The notes beneath the pieces were generated by a model. The model was given only the letters and a program-made list of their open reading frames with translations, ran no database searches and had not been told where the DNA came from. The position numbers and the translations under genes were made by a program. Positions 8,136-16,935 of a stretch of DNA of 32,000 bases are shown one piece after another (the first letter of the stretch is position 1; the number at the start of each line of letters is the position of its first letter). The stretch is taken from positions 29,096-61,095 of the forward strand of contig JAOTZM010000001.1 of NCBI GenBank assembly GCA_029861345.1, written 5' to 3'. This stretch comes from Nitrosopumilus sp. Its GTDB lineage: Archaea; Thermoproteota; Nitrososphaeria; Nitrososphaerales; Nitrosopumilaceae.

Positions 8136-10328
8136 TTACTCTTTGTCGATAAACTCGTTTACACCTGGGGGTTCTGGAGCCAATCCCTTTCTCTTTCTAA
8201 TATCGGCCACAGCAGTTGCCAACATTGATTTAGGAACCTCAGTCCATTCCTTAAAAGAAGTATTCCAAGTAGCACGTCCTGCAGTCTGACCTCTCATTTC
8301 TTCAGAAAGAGTAAATGTCTCAGAAGCTGGAATCTCACCTGTAACAATACTTGATGCACCTTTTTGCACCATATCTAGCACTTTGCCACGTTTACCAGAA
8401 AGAACAGTTGCAACATTTCCAACCAAGTCAGTTGGAACACGAACCTCAATAGCTAGGGTTGGCTCTAAAACGGCAGTACCAGCAGTTAACAATGCACCCA
8501 TACAGGCTCTTCGAGAAGCAGGACCCAATTGGGATAGACCTCTATGTGCAGTATCCTCATGAGGCACAAAATGAGTAAAGATAAACTTACAGTTCCTCAT
8601 CTGTTCTTTACAGAGAGGACCTTCTTTCATTACGTCCTCAAATCCAGAGTTAATAGAATCAGATGACTCTTGAACAAACTGGACACCTTTAGTTCCGTTA
8701 ATCAAAACATTTCCACGGGAATCAAGCTTCATTACTCTCTTGACTGTATCAGTATCCCATCCTGCACCTTTTAGCAAGTCTGCAACCATCTTCTTGTCTT
8801 TCATGTCACTGATTTCTCCAGTTCTAAGCATGTGTGCAATCTCTGGCTCCAGTGGTTCGACTTTCATGAAGATCTTGTTGTGTCTGTTGGGGGATTTTGC
8901 CATGACGGCTTCACATGAACCCTTTACAGTCTCTCTGTAGTTAATCAAAGGCTCTGATGTTATAATTTCTACTTTAGTATCTTGGATACGATGTGTTGCA
9001 ACATCAAGATGCAATACGCCCATTCCTGCAACTATAGTCTCACCACTTTCCTCGTCAATTTTTACTACAAGGTTAGGATCCTCAATTGTAAGTTGTTTAA
9101 GCACTTCAACTAATTTAGGTAAGTCTTTAGGATGTTTTGGCTCTATTGCAACTTGAACTACTGGCTCTGAAACATATTTTACACCTTCAAACATTTGAAT
9201 GCCTTTGACAGAAGATAGTGTGTTTCCTGCTCTAGCTTCAGTTAATCCTAATAATGCTGGAATGTTTCCTGCACCAAGTTCTCCTACTTGTTCTCTTTGG
9301 TTTCCCATGAAAAAGTTTACCGATTGAATTCTTCCTTCTCTTTTCTCATCAATAATGTTAATTGTTTGTCCATCTTTGATAGTGCCAGAAAACAGCCTTC
9401 CTATCGCAACAGGTCCTGCTGCAGGATCCAATACCATGTTTACAATCATCATAATTGTTGGGCCTTCATCGCTGCATGCAAGTAATGCCTTTCCGACATC
9501 AGATTCCAAATCTCCCTTCCAAATTTGGGGAATTCTATACTTGACTGCTTCATGTGGTGCCGGGTGATGTTTTACAACCATACCAAGTACAGCATCAGCC
9601 AATGGAGCTTTTTCTACAAGGTCTGAAACTTTTTCATTAACATAAGCATCAATAACATCTTTGAATGTGATTCCTCGTTCTTTCATCAAGTCAATGTTGA
9701 TTGCCCATCTATCTTTTGCAGAACCAAATGTAACACTTGCATCCTGAATTGATACTTTCCATTTTTCTTTGTATTCAGGTTCTGCGTATGTGTCAATTAG
9801 CTGGTTAAAGTTTGAAACAACCTCAGCTAGTTGTTGCTGCATTTTTTCAGGGGTTAATCGTAATTCTTTGATAAGCCTATCTACTTTGTTGATAAATAAG
9901 ACAGGTTTTACTCTCTCTTCTAATGCCATTCTAGTCACAGTCTCAGTCTGGGTCATGATTCCTTCTACTGCATCACATACTACTACTGCACCATCAATTG
10001 CCCTGAGGCTACGAATTACCCTTCCACTAAAGTCAACGTGCCCAGGAGTATCAATCATGTTAATGACGTATTCCTTTTCTTTGTGAGTAAAGTGCAAAGT
10101 AACATTTGCCTGATAAATTGTAATTCCTCTTTGCTGCTCCTCTTTATCAAAGTCCATTGCCAAGGCCTTACCTGCTGCAGATGGAGCAATAATGCCAGAG
10201 TAAGCTAGGAGACTATCACTCATGGTAGTCTTTCCGTGGTCAACGTGAGCGATAACACCAAAGTTACGGATTTGATCCTTGTTTTTGATGATTTTAAGAA
10301 CCTCACCTGTTGACTTGAATTTCACCAT
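8136..10328 (-). CDS. fusA: Translation elongation factor 2 (aEF-2)
   Basis: 730-aa ORF with GTPase motifs AHVDHGKTT, DTPGHVDF and NKVDR, followed by the EF-2 domain II-V layout. Full-length and unambiguous. Confidence 0.97.
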   Translation of the reverse strand: MVKFKSTGEVLKIIKNKDQIRNFGVIAHVDHGKTTMSDSLLAYSGIIAPSAAGKALAMDFDKEEQQRGITIYQANVTLHFTHKEKEYVINMIDTPGHVDFSGRVIRSLRAIDGAVVVCDAVEGIMTQTETVTRMALEERVKPVLFINKVDRLIKELRLTPEKMQQQLAEVVSNFNQLIDTYAEPEYKEKWKVSIQDASVTFGSAKDRWAINIDLMKERGITFKDVIDAYVNEKVSDLVEKAPLADAVLGMVVKHHPAPHEAVKYRIPQIWKGDLESDVGKALLACSDEGPTIMMIVNMVLDPAAGPVAIGRLFSGTIKDGQTINIIDEKREGRIQSVNFFMGNQREQVGELGAGNIPALLGLTEARAGNTLSSVKGIQMFEGVKYVSEPVVQVAIEPKHPKDLPKLVEVLKQLTIEDPNLVVKIDEESGETIVAGMGVLHLDVATHRIQDTKVEIITSEPLINYRETVKGSCEAVMAKSPNRHNKIFMKVEPLEPEIAHMLRTGEISDMKDKKMVADLLKGAGWDTDTVKRVMKLDSRGNVLINGTKGVQFVQESSDSINSGFEDVMKEGPLCKEQMRNCKFIFTHFVPHEDTAHRGLSQLGPASRRACMGALLTAGTAVLEPTLAIEVRVPTDLVGNVATVLSGKRGKVLDMVQKGASSIVTGEIPASETFTLSEEMRGQTAGRATWNTSFKEWTEVPKSMLATAVADIRKRKGLAPEPPGVNEFIDKE

Positions 10329-10376
10329 ATTCGCACACCCTAGTATTCAGCTATTAAACCTTAGCCTTACAAAAGA

Positions 10377-11282
10377 TCAATAGATCATTTGGTTACTAAC
10401 ATTACGAATTTTTTTTGCTGTAACAAAATGACAATTTTGTTTTCTTTTCTTTTTGGCTTCAAAAAGTGGAACTAGTTGAGAAAAGAATGTACAGTATATC
10501 ATCTGGGATATTTTCTCTGAAGGTATGTTAGGATGGATTACATTAATACCGATTTTTTTGAGGTTTCTTGCAAGTCGTCTGTTGTGAGAATTTTTTTCCT
10601 CAAAGATAATTACAGTGTTACCTTTCTGAGCTGAAAACATCTCCATATGAGAAAACTGCTCCAGTTTACAATAGTGAGCATCATAACCTAATATTTCATA
10701 AAACTTTGCAGCGCAATACATTGCCAATGGAAAGGTAAACAGATTTCCGAGAATGAAAATTCTTTTTGATATTATTGCTTTTTTTGCATCTGTCCTAGCC
10801 TTTGAAAATAGTTTACAGTCTTTTGGAATTGTAATTGTTCTTACCAAAGAGATGCAGATCAACGCACTTTCCAAAAATGAGATGCTTCCAGCAGTAAATA
10901 CATCATTGTTTGGAGAAGCAAGCAAAATAGTCTCATTAGAGACCTTTGTCAGCCTACTTTGAGGCTTTGAAGTGATAGCAGTGGCGCTTTTTGCAATCTT
11001 TGCTACCTTGATGTTTGTAATAGTATTTCCAGATATTGAGACAAAGTAGACATGTTTTGATTTTGCCAATTTCCTATTTTTGTACAGATCCAGTGGATCC
11101 ATTGCTTTGACCACCCCACTAGAAAATGATTCAGCTAGCATTGCAGATGCCAATGAATCCCCACTGCCCGAAAAAATTACGTTTTTTTGTTGATTGTCAG
11201 ATAGGGGTTTTTGTTTTCTAAAGGATTTTAAAAAATTTGATTGAAGTTCGATATCTTTTTCATATGCTTCAATGGTATTCAT
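10377..11282 (-). CDS. SIS (sugar isomerase) domain protein
   Basis: 301 aa. The phosphosugar-binding-like motifs FSGSGDSLASA and VSISGNT resemble the GxGxS / SxSGxT blocks of SIS domains (GlmS isomerase-type). The specific substrate is unknown. Confidence 0.6.
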   Translation of the reverse strand: MNTIEAYEKDIELQSNFLKSFRKQKPLSDNQQKNVIFSGSGDSLASAMLAESFSSGVVKAMDPLDLYKNRKLAKSKHVYFVSISGNTITNIKVAKIAKSATAITSKPQSRLTKVSNETILLASPNNDVFTAGSISFLESALICISLVRTITIPKDCKLFSKARTDAKKAIISKRIFILGNLFTFPLAMYCAAKFYEILGYDAHYCKLEQFSHMEMFSAQKGNTVIIFEEKNSHNRRLARNLKKIGINVIHPNIPSEKISQMIYCTFFSQLVPLFEAKKKRKQNCHFVTAKKIRNVSNQMIY

Positions 11283-11365
11283 GATTCCAAATATTTCCTG
11301 ACATATATTAGAAAAACGATTTTACGCTGGTTTTGATTTTTATTACGACCATTTGGCAAAAAATC

Positions 11366-12193
11366 ATGGAAATTTCTGTAGGACATACTCCTGATTCAGA
11401 TGACGCATTCATGTTTTATGGAATGTTTACAGGCAAAATACCATCTCCAGACTTTAAGGTAAATCACATAATTGAAGATATTGAAAAGTTAAACCGTAAA
11501 GCAACTGATCCGCAGCTTGATGTTACTGCAGTTTCAGTTCATGCATGTGCATATATTCCAGGGTATACAATCTTGAGAAGTGGCGGGAGTTTTGGAATTG
11601 GGTATGGCCCCATAGTTACCGCAAGAGAACAAATGTCAAGGGAGGAGATAAAAAAATGCAAGATTGCGATTCCAGGAAAGATGACATCAGCATTTTTGTT
11701 ACTCCAATTAATGATTGGAAAATTTGATTATGTAGAGATGAATTTCAGTGACATACCAAAAGCTGTCAAAAATGGCGAGGTAGATGCAGGACTTGTAATT
11801 CATGAGACCCAGCTATCATATGAGCAAGAAGGGAATATCAAGATTTTAGATGTGGGAGAATGGTGGGATAAGACAACAAATGGACTTCCCGTACCTCTAG
11901 GAATCAACGTAATGAAGACAGATTTGGGAATGGAAACGATTCATAAATTTGACAAGTATCTCCAAGCATCAATAGAGTATGGATTAGAGAATTTAGAGGA
12001 TGCATTAGAATATGCAATGCAGTACTCTAGAGGAAAACCAAGAGAACTGATTGAAAAATTTGTAAAGATGTATGTCAACAAAGTGACTGTCAATATGGGA
12101 GATTCGGGAGAAGAATCAATTAGAAGACTCTTTGAGATGGCAAAAGAGAAAAGCCTGGTTCCAGATTTTGAGATAAGTATAGCCATCAAGTAA
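11366..12193 (+). CDS. MqnA/MqnD-family protein (futalosine pathway of menaquinone biosynthesis)
   Basis: The N-terminal motif GHTPDSDDAFMFYGM is typical of the MqnA/MqnD (DUF191) periplasmic-binding-fold family. I place the start at ATG 11366 (MEISVGH...) rather than the track's TTG at 11333. Confidence 0.75.
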   Translation: MEISVGHTPDSDDAFMFYGMFTGKIPSPDFKVNHIIEDIEKLNRKATDPQLDVTAVSVHACAYIPGYTILRSGGSFGIGYGPIVTAREQMSREEIKKCKIAIPGKMTSAFLLLQLMIGKFDYVEMNFSDIPKAVKNGEVDAGLVIHETQLSYEQEGNIKILDVGEWWDKTTNGLPVPLGINVMKTDLGMETIHKFDKYLQASIEYGLENLEDALEYAMQYSRGKPRELIEKFVKMYVNKVTVNMGDSGEESIRRLFEMAKEKSLVPDFEISIAIK

Positions 12194-12220
12194 TTATAGA
12201 ACGAGAAATTTTTAGAAATC

Positions 12221-12514
12221 ATGGGAGACGGAATAGGAGGTCCAGTAATGACAATTCTGACAAATAACGCATTTGAGTTACTTGTAAGTCACATAAGAAA
12301 AGACAACAAAGAAGATTATGGTAAGACTGAAAAAATAATCATTGCAAAGATTGATAATCCTGATGAACCACAATATACAGAAACTACACAAGTACAGTTA
12401 GAACAGGCACTCAAAGGAAAGTTTGTTTCATGCAATGTTCAATACAGAGATTCAAAAACAGATGCGCTTGTTTGTAATGTTTTTGTTCAAAAACCACCTG
12501 AAGGATTTGGCTAA
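12221..12514 (+). CDS. Hypothetical protein (97 aa)
   Basis: ATG-initiated ORF beginning 27 nt after the Mqn-family gene. I recognise no family. Confidence 0.5.
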   Translation: MGDGIGGPVMTILTNNAFELLVSHIRKDNKEDYGKTEKIIIAKIDNPDEPQYTETTQVQLEQALKGKFVSCNVQYRDSKTDALVCNVFVQKPPEGFG

Positions 12515-12634
12515 TAGCATAATTTGAGCAGGGAATACAACATCGATAATATGCAAATTATATTAAATTAAAAAAAGATATTTTGAGAATATCAATGAGT
12601 TAATTAAGTTTAAAATTAATTAAACAAAACCAAA

Positions 12635-12772
12635 CTAAAAGCTTCTACTACGATGTTTTGGTAAACACTCTCGACAATAAACTGGTCTTCCTTCCTTTGG
12701 TTCAAAAGGAACTTCAGATTCTTTACCGCAGTCTGAGCATGTACATTTGTACATTTTTCTGTCTTCTGACAT
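12635..12772 (-). CDS. Small CxxC-x17-CxxC zinc-ribbon protein (45 aa)
   Basis: My own translation: MSEDRKMYKCTCSDCGKESEVPFEPKEGRPVYCRECLPKHRSRSF. The spacing is exactly C-x2-C-x17-C-x2-C with the VPF.P...RPVYC.EC core of the TIGR04272-type domain. It is below the ORF-track length cut-off. It is a paralogue of the repeat unit in 26145-26672. Confidence 0.7.
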   Translation of the reverse strand: MSEDRKMYKCTCSDCGKESEVPFEPKEGRPVYCRECLPKHRSRSF

Positions 12773-12954
12773 AATTTTATGGGATTTCTTACCTATAAGA
12801 AGGAATCACATTTTCATAAAAAAACTTAGAAATTCATTAGGTGGCCTGCTCAAAGAAAATAAAAAGTATGCAAAAAAATAAGAACCCGATTCTGAAAAAT
12901 AGTTATTGGTATCCGGTTAAAAAAATCAATTCAATCAAAAGCAAGTTACAAACG

Positions 12955-13872
12955 TCAAAATTCAGACTTTGCTTGATCTGCTTTTAATCCTTTGTAGCGA
13001 TTTCTTATGGTAACTTCTGTGACTCCTGCAGCTTCTGCAATGTCTCGCTGAGTAACAGATACTCCGTTATGAACACATGATAGATATAATGCAGATGCTG
13101 CAAGACCCATAGGATCCTTCCCAGCTGATTCTTTACGTTCTTGTGCCTTTTGGAGAACTTTAATTGCATATCGTTTTGTTTTTTCTGTAATCTCAAGTTT
13201 GCTTGAAATTCTAGCAATACATTGAACTGAATCGACAACAGGCATCTTGAGCTCTAATTCATGATGTAGTAATCTGTAACATCTTGCAATATCTTTGCGT
13301 TTAACATTAGCAGCATCAGAGATATCTTTTAGAGTTCTAGGTGTTTCAGTATCTCTACAGGAAGCATAAAGAGATGCAGCAATCATTGCAGAGATAGATC
13401 TTCCACGAACTAACTTTTTCTCCAAGGCCTTTCTGTAAATGTAAGCAGCTTTCTCAAGAACATTTGCAGAAACTGAAACCTTGTCTTTTAATTTATTTAA
13501 TTCACTTAGTGCTTGTCTCAAATTTCTATCAACAGGTTCATGAACTTGACTCCTACTGTCCCATGTCCTGAGTCTTTCAATGGTGCTTTTCATAGAGGTA
13601 GAAAGTGGTTTTCCTGATGCATCCTTGTTTAATGGATTGATAACAGTCGATAACCCCATATCATGTATTGTAAGTGATGATGGGGCACCAGTTCTAGCAG
13701 GATCTGAACCACCAGTTTTTTGAAATGATCTCCATTCTGGTCCTGACTCTTGTGATTTTTCAGAAATAACATAACCACATTTTGAACAAAATTGTTCTCC
13801 TGTAACTTCATCAGTCAATAAAGAATTTTTTCCACAACGCAGACAATTAGAATTTGGTTCGAAAGTAGTCAT
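12955..13872 (-). CDS. tfb: Transcription initiation factor B (TFB/TFIIB)
   Basis: 305 aa. N-terminal zinc ribbon (CLRCGKNSLLTDEVTGEQFCSKCG) followed by two cyclin-fold repeats typical of TFB. Confidence 0.95.
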   Translation of the reverse strand: MTTFEPNSNCLRCGKNSLLTDEVTGEQFCSKCGYVISEKSQESGPEWRSFQKTGGSDPARTGAPSSLTIHDMGLSTVINPLNKDASGKPLSTSMKSTIERLRTWDSRSQVHEPVDRNLRQALSELNKLKDKVSVSANVLEKAAYIYRKALEKKLVRGRSISAMIAASLYASCRDTETPRTLKDISDAANVKRKDIARCYRLLHHELELKMPVVDSVQCIARISSKLEITEKTKRYAIKVLQKAQERKESAGKDPMGLAASALYLSCVHNGVSVTQRDIAEAAGVTEVTIRNRYKGLKADQAKSEF

Positions 13873-14168
13873 GTAAACTGCCTTATACTGCTGACCCTTT
13901 TTATTGGAATTTCAATTGTCGAAATGTTCCTATTTTTTGCATCAACTGATACAAGTGATTCTGAGCCTATCTGAATATCTTCAACCATAAATGAAGGATT
14001 AGTTTTACGCAGCATTATTTGTACTACACCAACTGCATGCCCCATACTGAGCCGTCTTTCCTTGATTGCAACCAAAGGTATTGTTGCTAATTGAATTATT
14101 GTAGAAGTGAAATAAGTTATTAGTGATTTTTTTCCAATGAACATGGTATCTTTTCTACGGCTTATCAT
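13869..14168 (-). CDS. Small protein co-transcribed with tfb; possibly H/ACA RNP component Gar1
   Basis: 99-aa ORF with a 4-nt ATGA overlap onto tfb. A gar1-tfb linkage is common in archaea (recalled). There is weak pattern similarity to archaeal Gar1: RRLSMGHAVGVVQIMLRKTNPSFMV versus KRL..VG.V.DVFGPV..PYV.I. Confidence 0.4.
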   Translation of the reverse strand: MISRRKDTMFIGKKSLITYFTSTIIQLATIPLVAIKERRLSMGHAVGVVQIMLRKTNPSFMVEDIQIGSESLVSVDAKNRNISTIEIPIKRVSSIRQFT

Positions 14169-14189
14169 GCAAAATTAACTCTTATGGCT

Positions 14190-14197
14190 AATTTAAA
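14190..14197 (-). promoter_or_regulatory. TATA box (TTTAAATT) for a leaderless gar1-like/tfb transcript
   Basis: The minus strand reads CAGTTTAAATTAGCC. The box centre is about 26 nt upstream of the ATG at 14168, which fits archaeal TATA-to-TSS spacing with a leaderless mRNA. Confidence 0.45.
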
Positions 14198-14571
14198 CTG
14201 AGTATGATTCTATCTAATGTATTCATCAACAATAAAGAAAATTATTGATTCAATTGAAGAATTATCAAGAAAAATTGAATTCTAAACTTTTTATTATTTC
14301 AAAAGTCTAAAGATCACTCAAAAATTAGAAAATTATTTGATTAAGTAATGACAAAGAAAAGTTCTTGGTAAAAAAGACTTGAATGATTACATAAATTCAT
14401 GGCAGTATAGGTGTTGTACGATAAATCATTAGAAGTGATTATTCTAAACGCAAGTTTTCCAAATTCTGCATCAAAAGTCATGAAGGAAATTTAAAAATGC
14501 CTGAGAGGATATAGTGATAGATGTAAGAAGAGAGATAATATATGATGAAAATATATGATTATTGAAAATAA

Positions 14572-14850
14572 ATGGTATTAGTTAATAAAAAAATTCTGTC
14601 AGGAGGGATTACGATGTTAGTTGTAGGGGGAATAATTTTGGTTTACTTGAACTCAGCAGTTCCTGTAGGACAATCTGGAATGACCGAAGAAGAGATTCTA
14701 GATTTAATGGTTAAAGAGCAAGAGAATCAAGACATGAATACTCTTGCAGGAATTTTGTTTGGAGTAGGGTTTTTGTTAGTTTTGATAAGTTTTGGAGCTA
14801 GAAGAAATAAAGATAGTACCAAAAAAATAGAAAAAAAACCAGCTGAATGA
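14572..14850 (+). CDS. Hypothetical two-TM membrane protein (92 aa)
   Basis: Two hydrophobic helices (ITMLVVGGIILVYL and LAGILFGVGFLLVLISF) separated by an acidic loop, with a basic C-terminus. Confidence 0.5.
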   Translation: MVLVNKKILSGGITMLVVGGIILVYLNSAVPVGQSGMTEEEILDLMVKEQENQDMNTLAGILFGVGFLLVLISFGARRNKDSTKKIEKKPAE

Positions 14851-15035
14851 TTCAAACCTTTTAATCTCTAATTATCTCATCGATACCGTTGATTCAAGCT
14901 AGGAATAATGTAAAACGACACTAATTTTTCGTTATTTTCTAGAAAACATCCACCATTCAGTCCTAGTTCGTTTTGTATTTTGGTTACAGTTTTGGTGTAA
15001 GAAAGAAGGACATTGTGAAAAAATAGAGTTATTTA

Positions 15036-15317
15036 CTAATTCTTGTTTTTTGAAATCTTGTTTGTTTTTGTTTTATTAGTTGATTTTTTCACAGGTTTGG
15101 TTTTTGTAATTTTAAATTTCTTTATTATTTTCTTTGACGTTTTCTTACTCGAATTTATATCAGGTGGTTTATCTGACTTATTCCAAACAGAGCCAGTAAC
15201 TATTGGTTTTTTCATGTCTCCTTGTTCAAATTTAACAAACACTTTATCATTAGTTTCAGGAGTATAATTAGATCTTTTTTTATTCTTTGGTTTTTCTTTA
15301 CTCATCTTTTTCGTCAT
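15036..15317 (-). CDS. 93-aa ORF carrying a VgrG/gp5 (baseplate spike OB-fold) motif followed by a Lys-rich tail; an orphan spike fragment or possible pseudogene remnant
   Basis: From ATG 15317: MTKKMSKEKPKNKKRSNYTPETNDKVFVKFEQGDMKKPIVTGSVWNKSDKPPDINSSKK... Residues 24-52 match the conserved VgrG/Phage_base_V block (EV.V.F..GD...P.I.G..(W/Y)N....PP). The track's longer 162-aa version (up to 15524) uses a non-ATG start, and its extension looks non-coding. Confidence 0.45.
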   Translation of the reverse strand: MTKKMSKEKPKNKKRSNYTPETNDKVFVKFEQGDMKKPIVTGSVWNKSDKPPDINSSKKTSKKIIKKFKITKTKPVKKSTNKTKTNKISKNKN

Positions 15318-15578
15318 AAAATAAAATACTAAAAACTCATACTTAAAACTGAAAAAGACCTGACTGCAGATAACTCCCCGACAGTCAGATCCAGTGGATT
15401 TGGATACAGATAGATAAACTATATGGAATTGTTTATCTTGATTTTGTCTTGTATGATTTTGGATAAAAGGGAAATGATGTGATGAGTAGCAATGCTTTAG
15501 TATTGATTTGGCGGAGATGAACAAACTAATCTTTACTCAACAATGTTTAAAAATATCAAATGTTGTTTCTTAAAATAA

Positions 15579-16127
15579 ATGAAAACCGTGGTTTACATCA
15601 TTATAACTGCAGTCATGATATTTGGTCTTACATCTTCTTCTACTGATTTCATTGAAGCATCAACAAAATCAGTTTTTTATACCACAGAATATGGCTCAAT
15701 AACAATAGATCATGAACAATACCTAAAACCAAAATATGTTCATGAACCAATACAACTCCATATTTCTGGCACAATAGAAAACTATCAAAGAGCTGAATCC
15801 ACCCAAATGACCATAACATCACCTTCAGGAGATGTTATCGAAAATGTAATTTGTCCTACCAGAGAAGGAGAATTTGATTTTATATCTCAGATAACCAGTA
15901 ATCATTCTACTGGGCAATATGAAATTCGTGTTATTCACAAGGAAATGATAATTGGGCCTGCTATGTTCAAGATTATCACAGAAACAGAAAATGAGTTAAA
16001 AATACAGAATATTCCAAGTTGGGTAAAAAACAATGCAGGCTGGTGGGCACAGGGACAAATAGGAACTAGTGACTTTTTGAAAGGAGTTCAGTTCCTTGTT
16101 GAACAAGGAATAATCAAGCTTGCATAA
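15579..16127 (+). CDS. Secreted protein with a C-terminal W-rich 37-aa motif (IPxWxKNNAxWW..G.I...F..G(I/V)QF(L/M)(V/I)(K/E)(E/N/Q)GII)
   Basis: Signal peptide MKTVVYIIITAVMIFGLTSS. The C-terminal motif lies at 16011-16124 (IPSWVKNNAGWWAQGQIGTSDFLKGVQFLVEQGIIKLA). The same motif occurs twice in the ORF at 16660-16935. Confidence 0.7.
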   Translation: MKTVVYIIITAVMIFGLTSSSTDFIEASTKSVFYTTEYGSITIDHEQYLKPKYVHEPIQLHISGTIENYQRAESTQMTITSPSGDVIENVICPTREGEFDFISQITSNHSTGQYEIRVIHKEMIIGPAMFKIITETENELKIQNIPSWVKNNAGWWAQGQIGTSDFLKGVQFLVEQGIIKLA

Positions 16128-16257
16128 TCCTATCTAAATTTTGAAAATTCATACCTAATTCTCTAATCTACGTTCTTTTCCATTCTGGTCTGTCATTCTG
16201 AGAAAATTAGCTGAAATAATCTGATGAGAAGTGTTTAAGAAAAATGAAAAGAAATTC

Positions 16258-16422
16258 TTATCTTCGTCTAGTTGTTTTCTTTTTTTGCTTTGGACCTGCT
16301 GAGCCTGCAACTTTTCTTGGATTTGTTTTTGGTTTTTTCTTTAATCCTGATTCAGAATGCCATTTTGTAGTTTTGGTATCATCAAAAACACACTCAATAA
16401 ACGCAATGTAGGTACGAGCCAT
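16258..16422 (-). CDS. Hypothetical small basic protein (54 aa)
   Basis: My own translation: MARTYIAFIECVFDDTKTTKWHSESGLKKKPKTNPRKVAGSAGPKQKKKTTRRR. An A/T-rich TATA-like tract (AATAAATAA) lies about 25-30 nt upstream of the ATG. Below the ORF-track cut-off, with no family recognised. Confidence 0.35.
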   Translation of the reverse strand: MARTYIAFIECVFDDTKTTKWHSESGLKKKPKTNPRKVAGSAGPKQKKKTTRRR

Positions 16423-16659
16423 TATAATGGATTTTTTCTGTCTTATTTATTCAATTAGTTCTCTTTTCCCTTTACAATTTCATACTATCATTGAGACGTT
16501 TCATATACGGCGAAGACCCAGCTTCACAAAACGATTTCCACGGAATAGCAATCCATGAACTACCAGAGATTACAATGGACGATGAGACCCCGATGTCATT
16601 ACTGCGAGATATTTATGCAATCAGGAACACAAGTTTTGATAAAAAGGAAATCAAATAAT

Positions 16660-16935
16660 CTAAACTGCAATTATTCCATTTTCAACCATAAACTGTATTC
16701 CTTTGATGAAATCACCATCTGAGATTAATCCCTGTGACCACCAATCAGCATTATTTTTAATCCATGAAGGAATCTCTTGAGAACTAGATGTAGAAGATTG
16801 TGTAGTTTCTGGAATTTGTATGATTCCTTCTTTGATTAGAAATTGTATCCCACCAACAAATGCCTGGTCGTCAATGGTGCCATCTACCCACCAAGAGGCA
16901 TTGTTTCGAATCCAGTCTGGAATTGGAGATTTCAC
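16660..16935 (-). pseudogene. 3' fragment of a surface-protein gene: two tandem W-rich motifs with no signal peptide and no ATG start
   Basis: The ORF starts at GTG, only 4 codons before the first motif. Motif copies lie at 16813-16923 and 16663-16773. There is no N-terminal secretion signal, unlike the intact paralogue at 15579-16127. It abuts the truncated integrase with a 4-nt overlap. Confidence 0.5.

Noticed and set aside
14341-14481. 46-aa minus-strand ORF in the 403-bp gap upstream of the 2-TM gene
   Set aside because: It has no motif, no clear promoter geometry, and a composition compatible with chance in AT-rich DNA.
15357-15391. Imperfect hairpin (CTGACTG-15 nt-CAGTCAG, extendable with one mismatch) in the divergent intergenic region
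   Set aside because: The stem is short, it occurs only once, and there is no adjacent T-run or recognisable RNA family. This is insufficient to call a regulatory element or ncRNA.
15479-15485. C-box-like GTGATGA suggesting a C/D box sRNA
   Set aside because: There is no D box (CUGA) at the expected 50-70 nt downstream and no C'/D' pair. It is probably chance.
15318-15524. N-terminal extension of the VgrG-motif ORF to 162 aa, as in the track
   Set aside because: The extension begins at a non-ATG codon and has non-protein-like composition (..FSFKYEFLVFYF). It covers the AT-rich divergent promoter region. The ATG at 15317 is the more plausible start.
16428-16661. Open + strand frame encoding a TM-like segment plus an acidic tail (..WIFSVLFIQLVLFSLYNFILSLRRFIYGEDPASQNDFHGIAIHELPEITMDDETPMSLLRDIYAIRNTSFDKKEIK)
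   Set aside because: It has no ATG/GTG start. Only a TTG at 16491 is available, after the hydrophobic segment. It may be a decayed gene fragment of the islet, but I cannot support it as a functional CDS.
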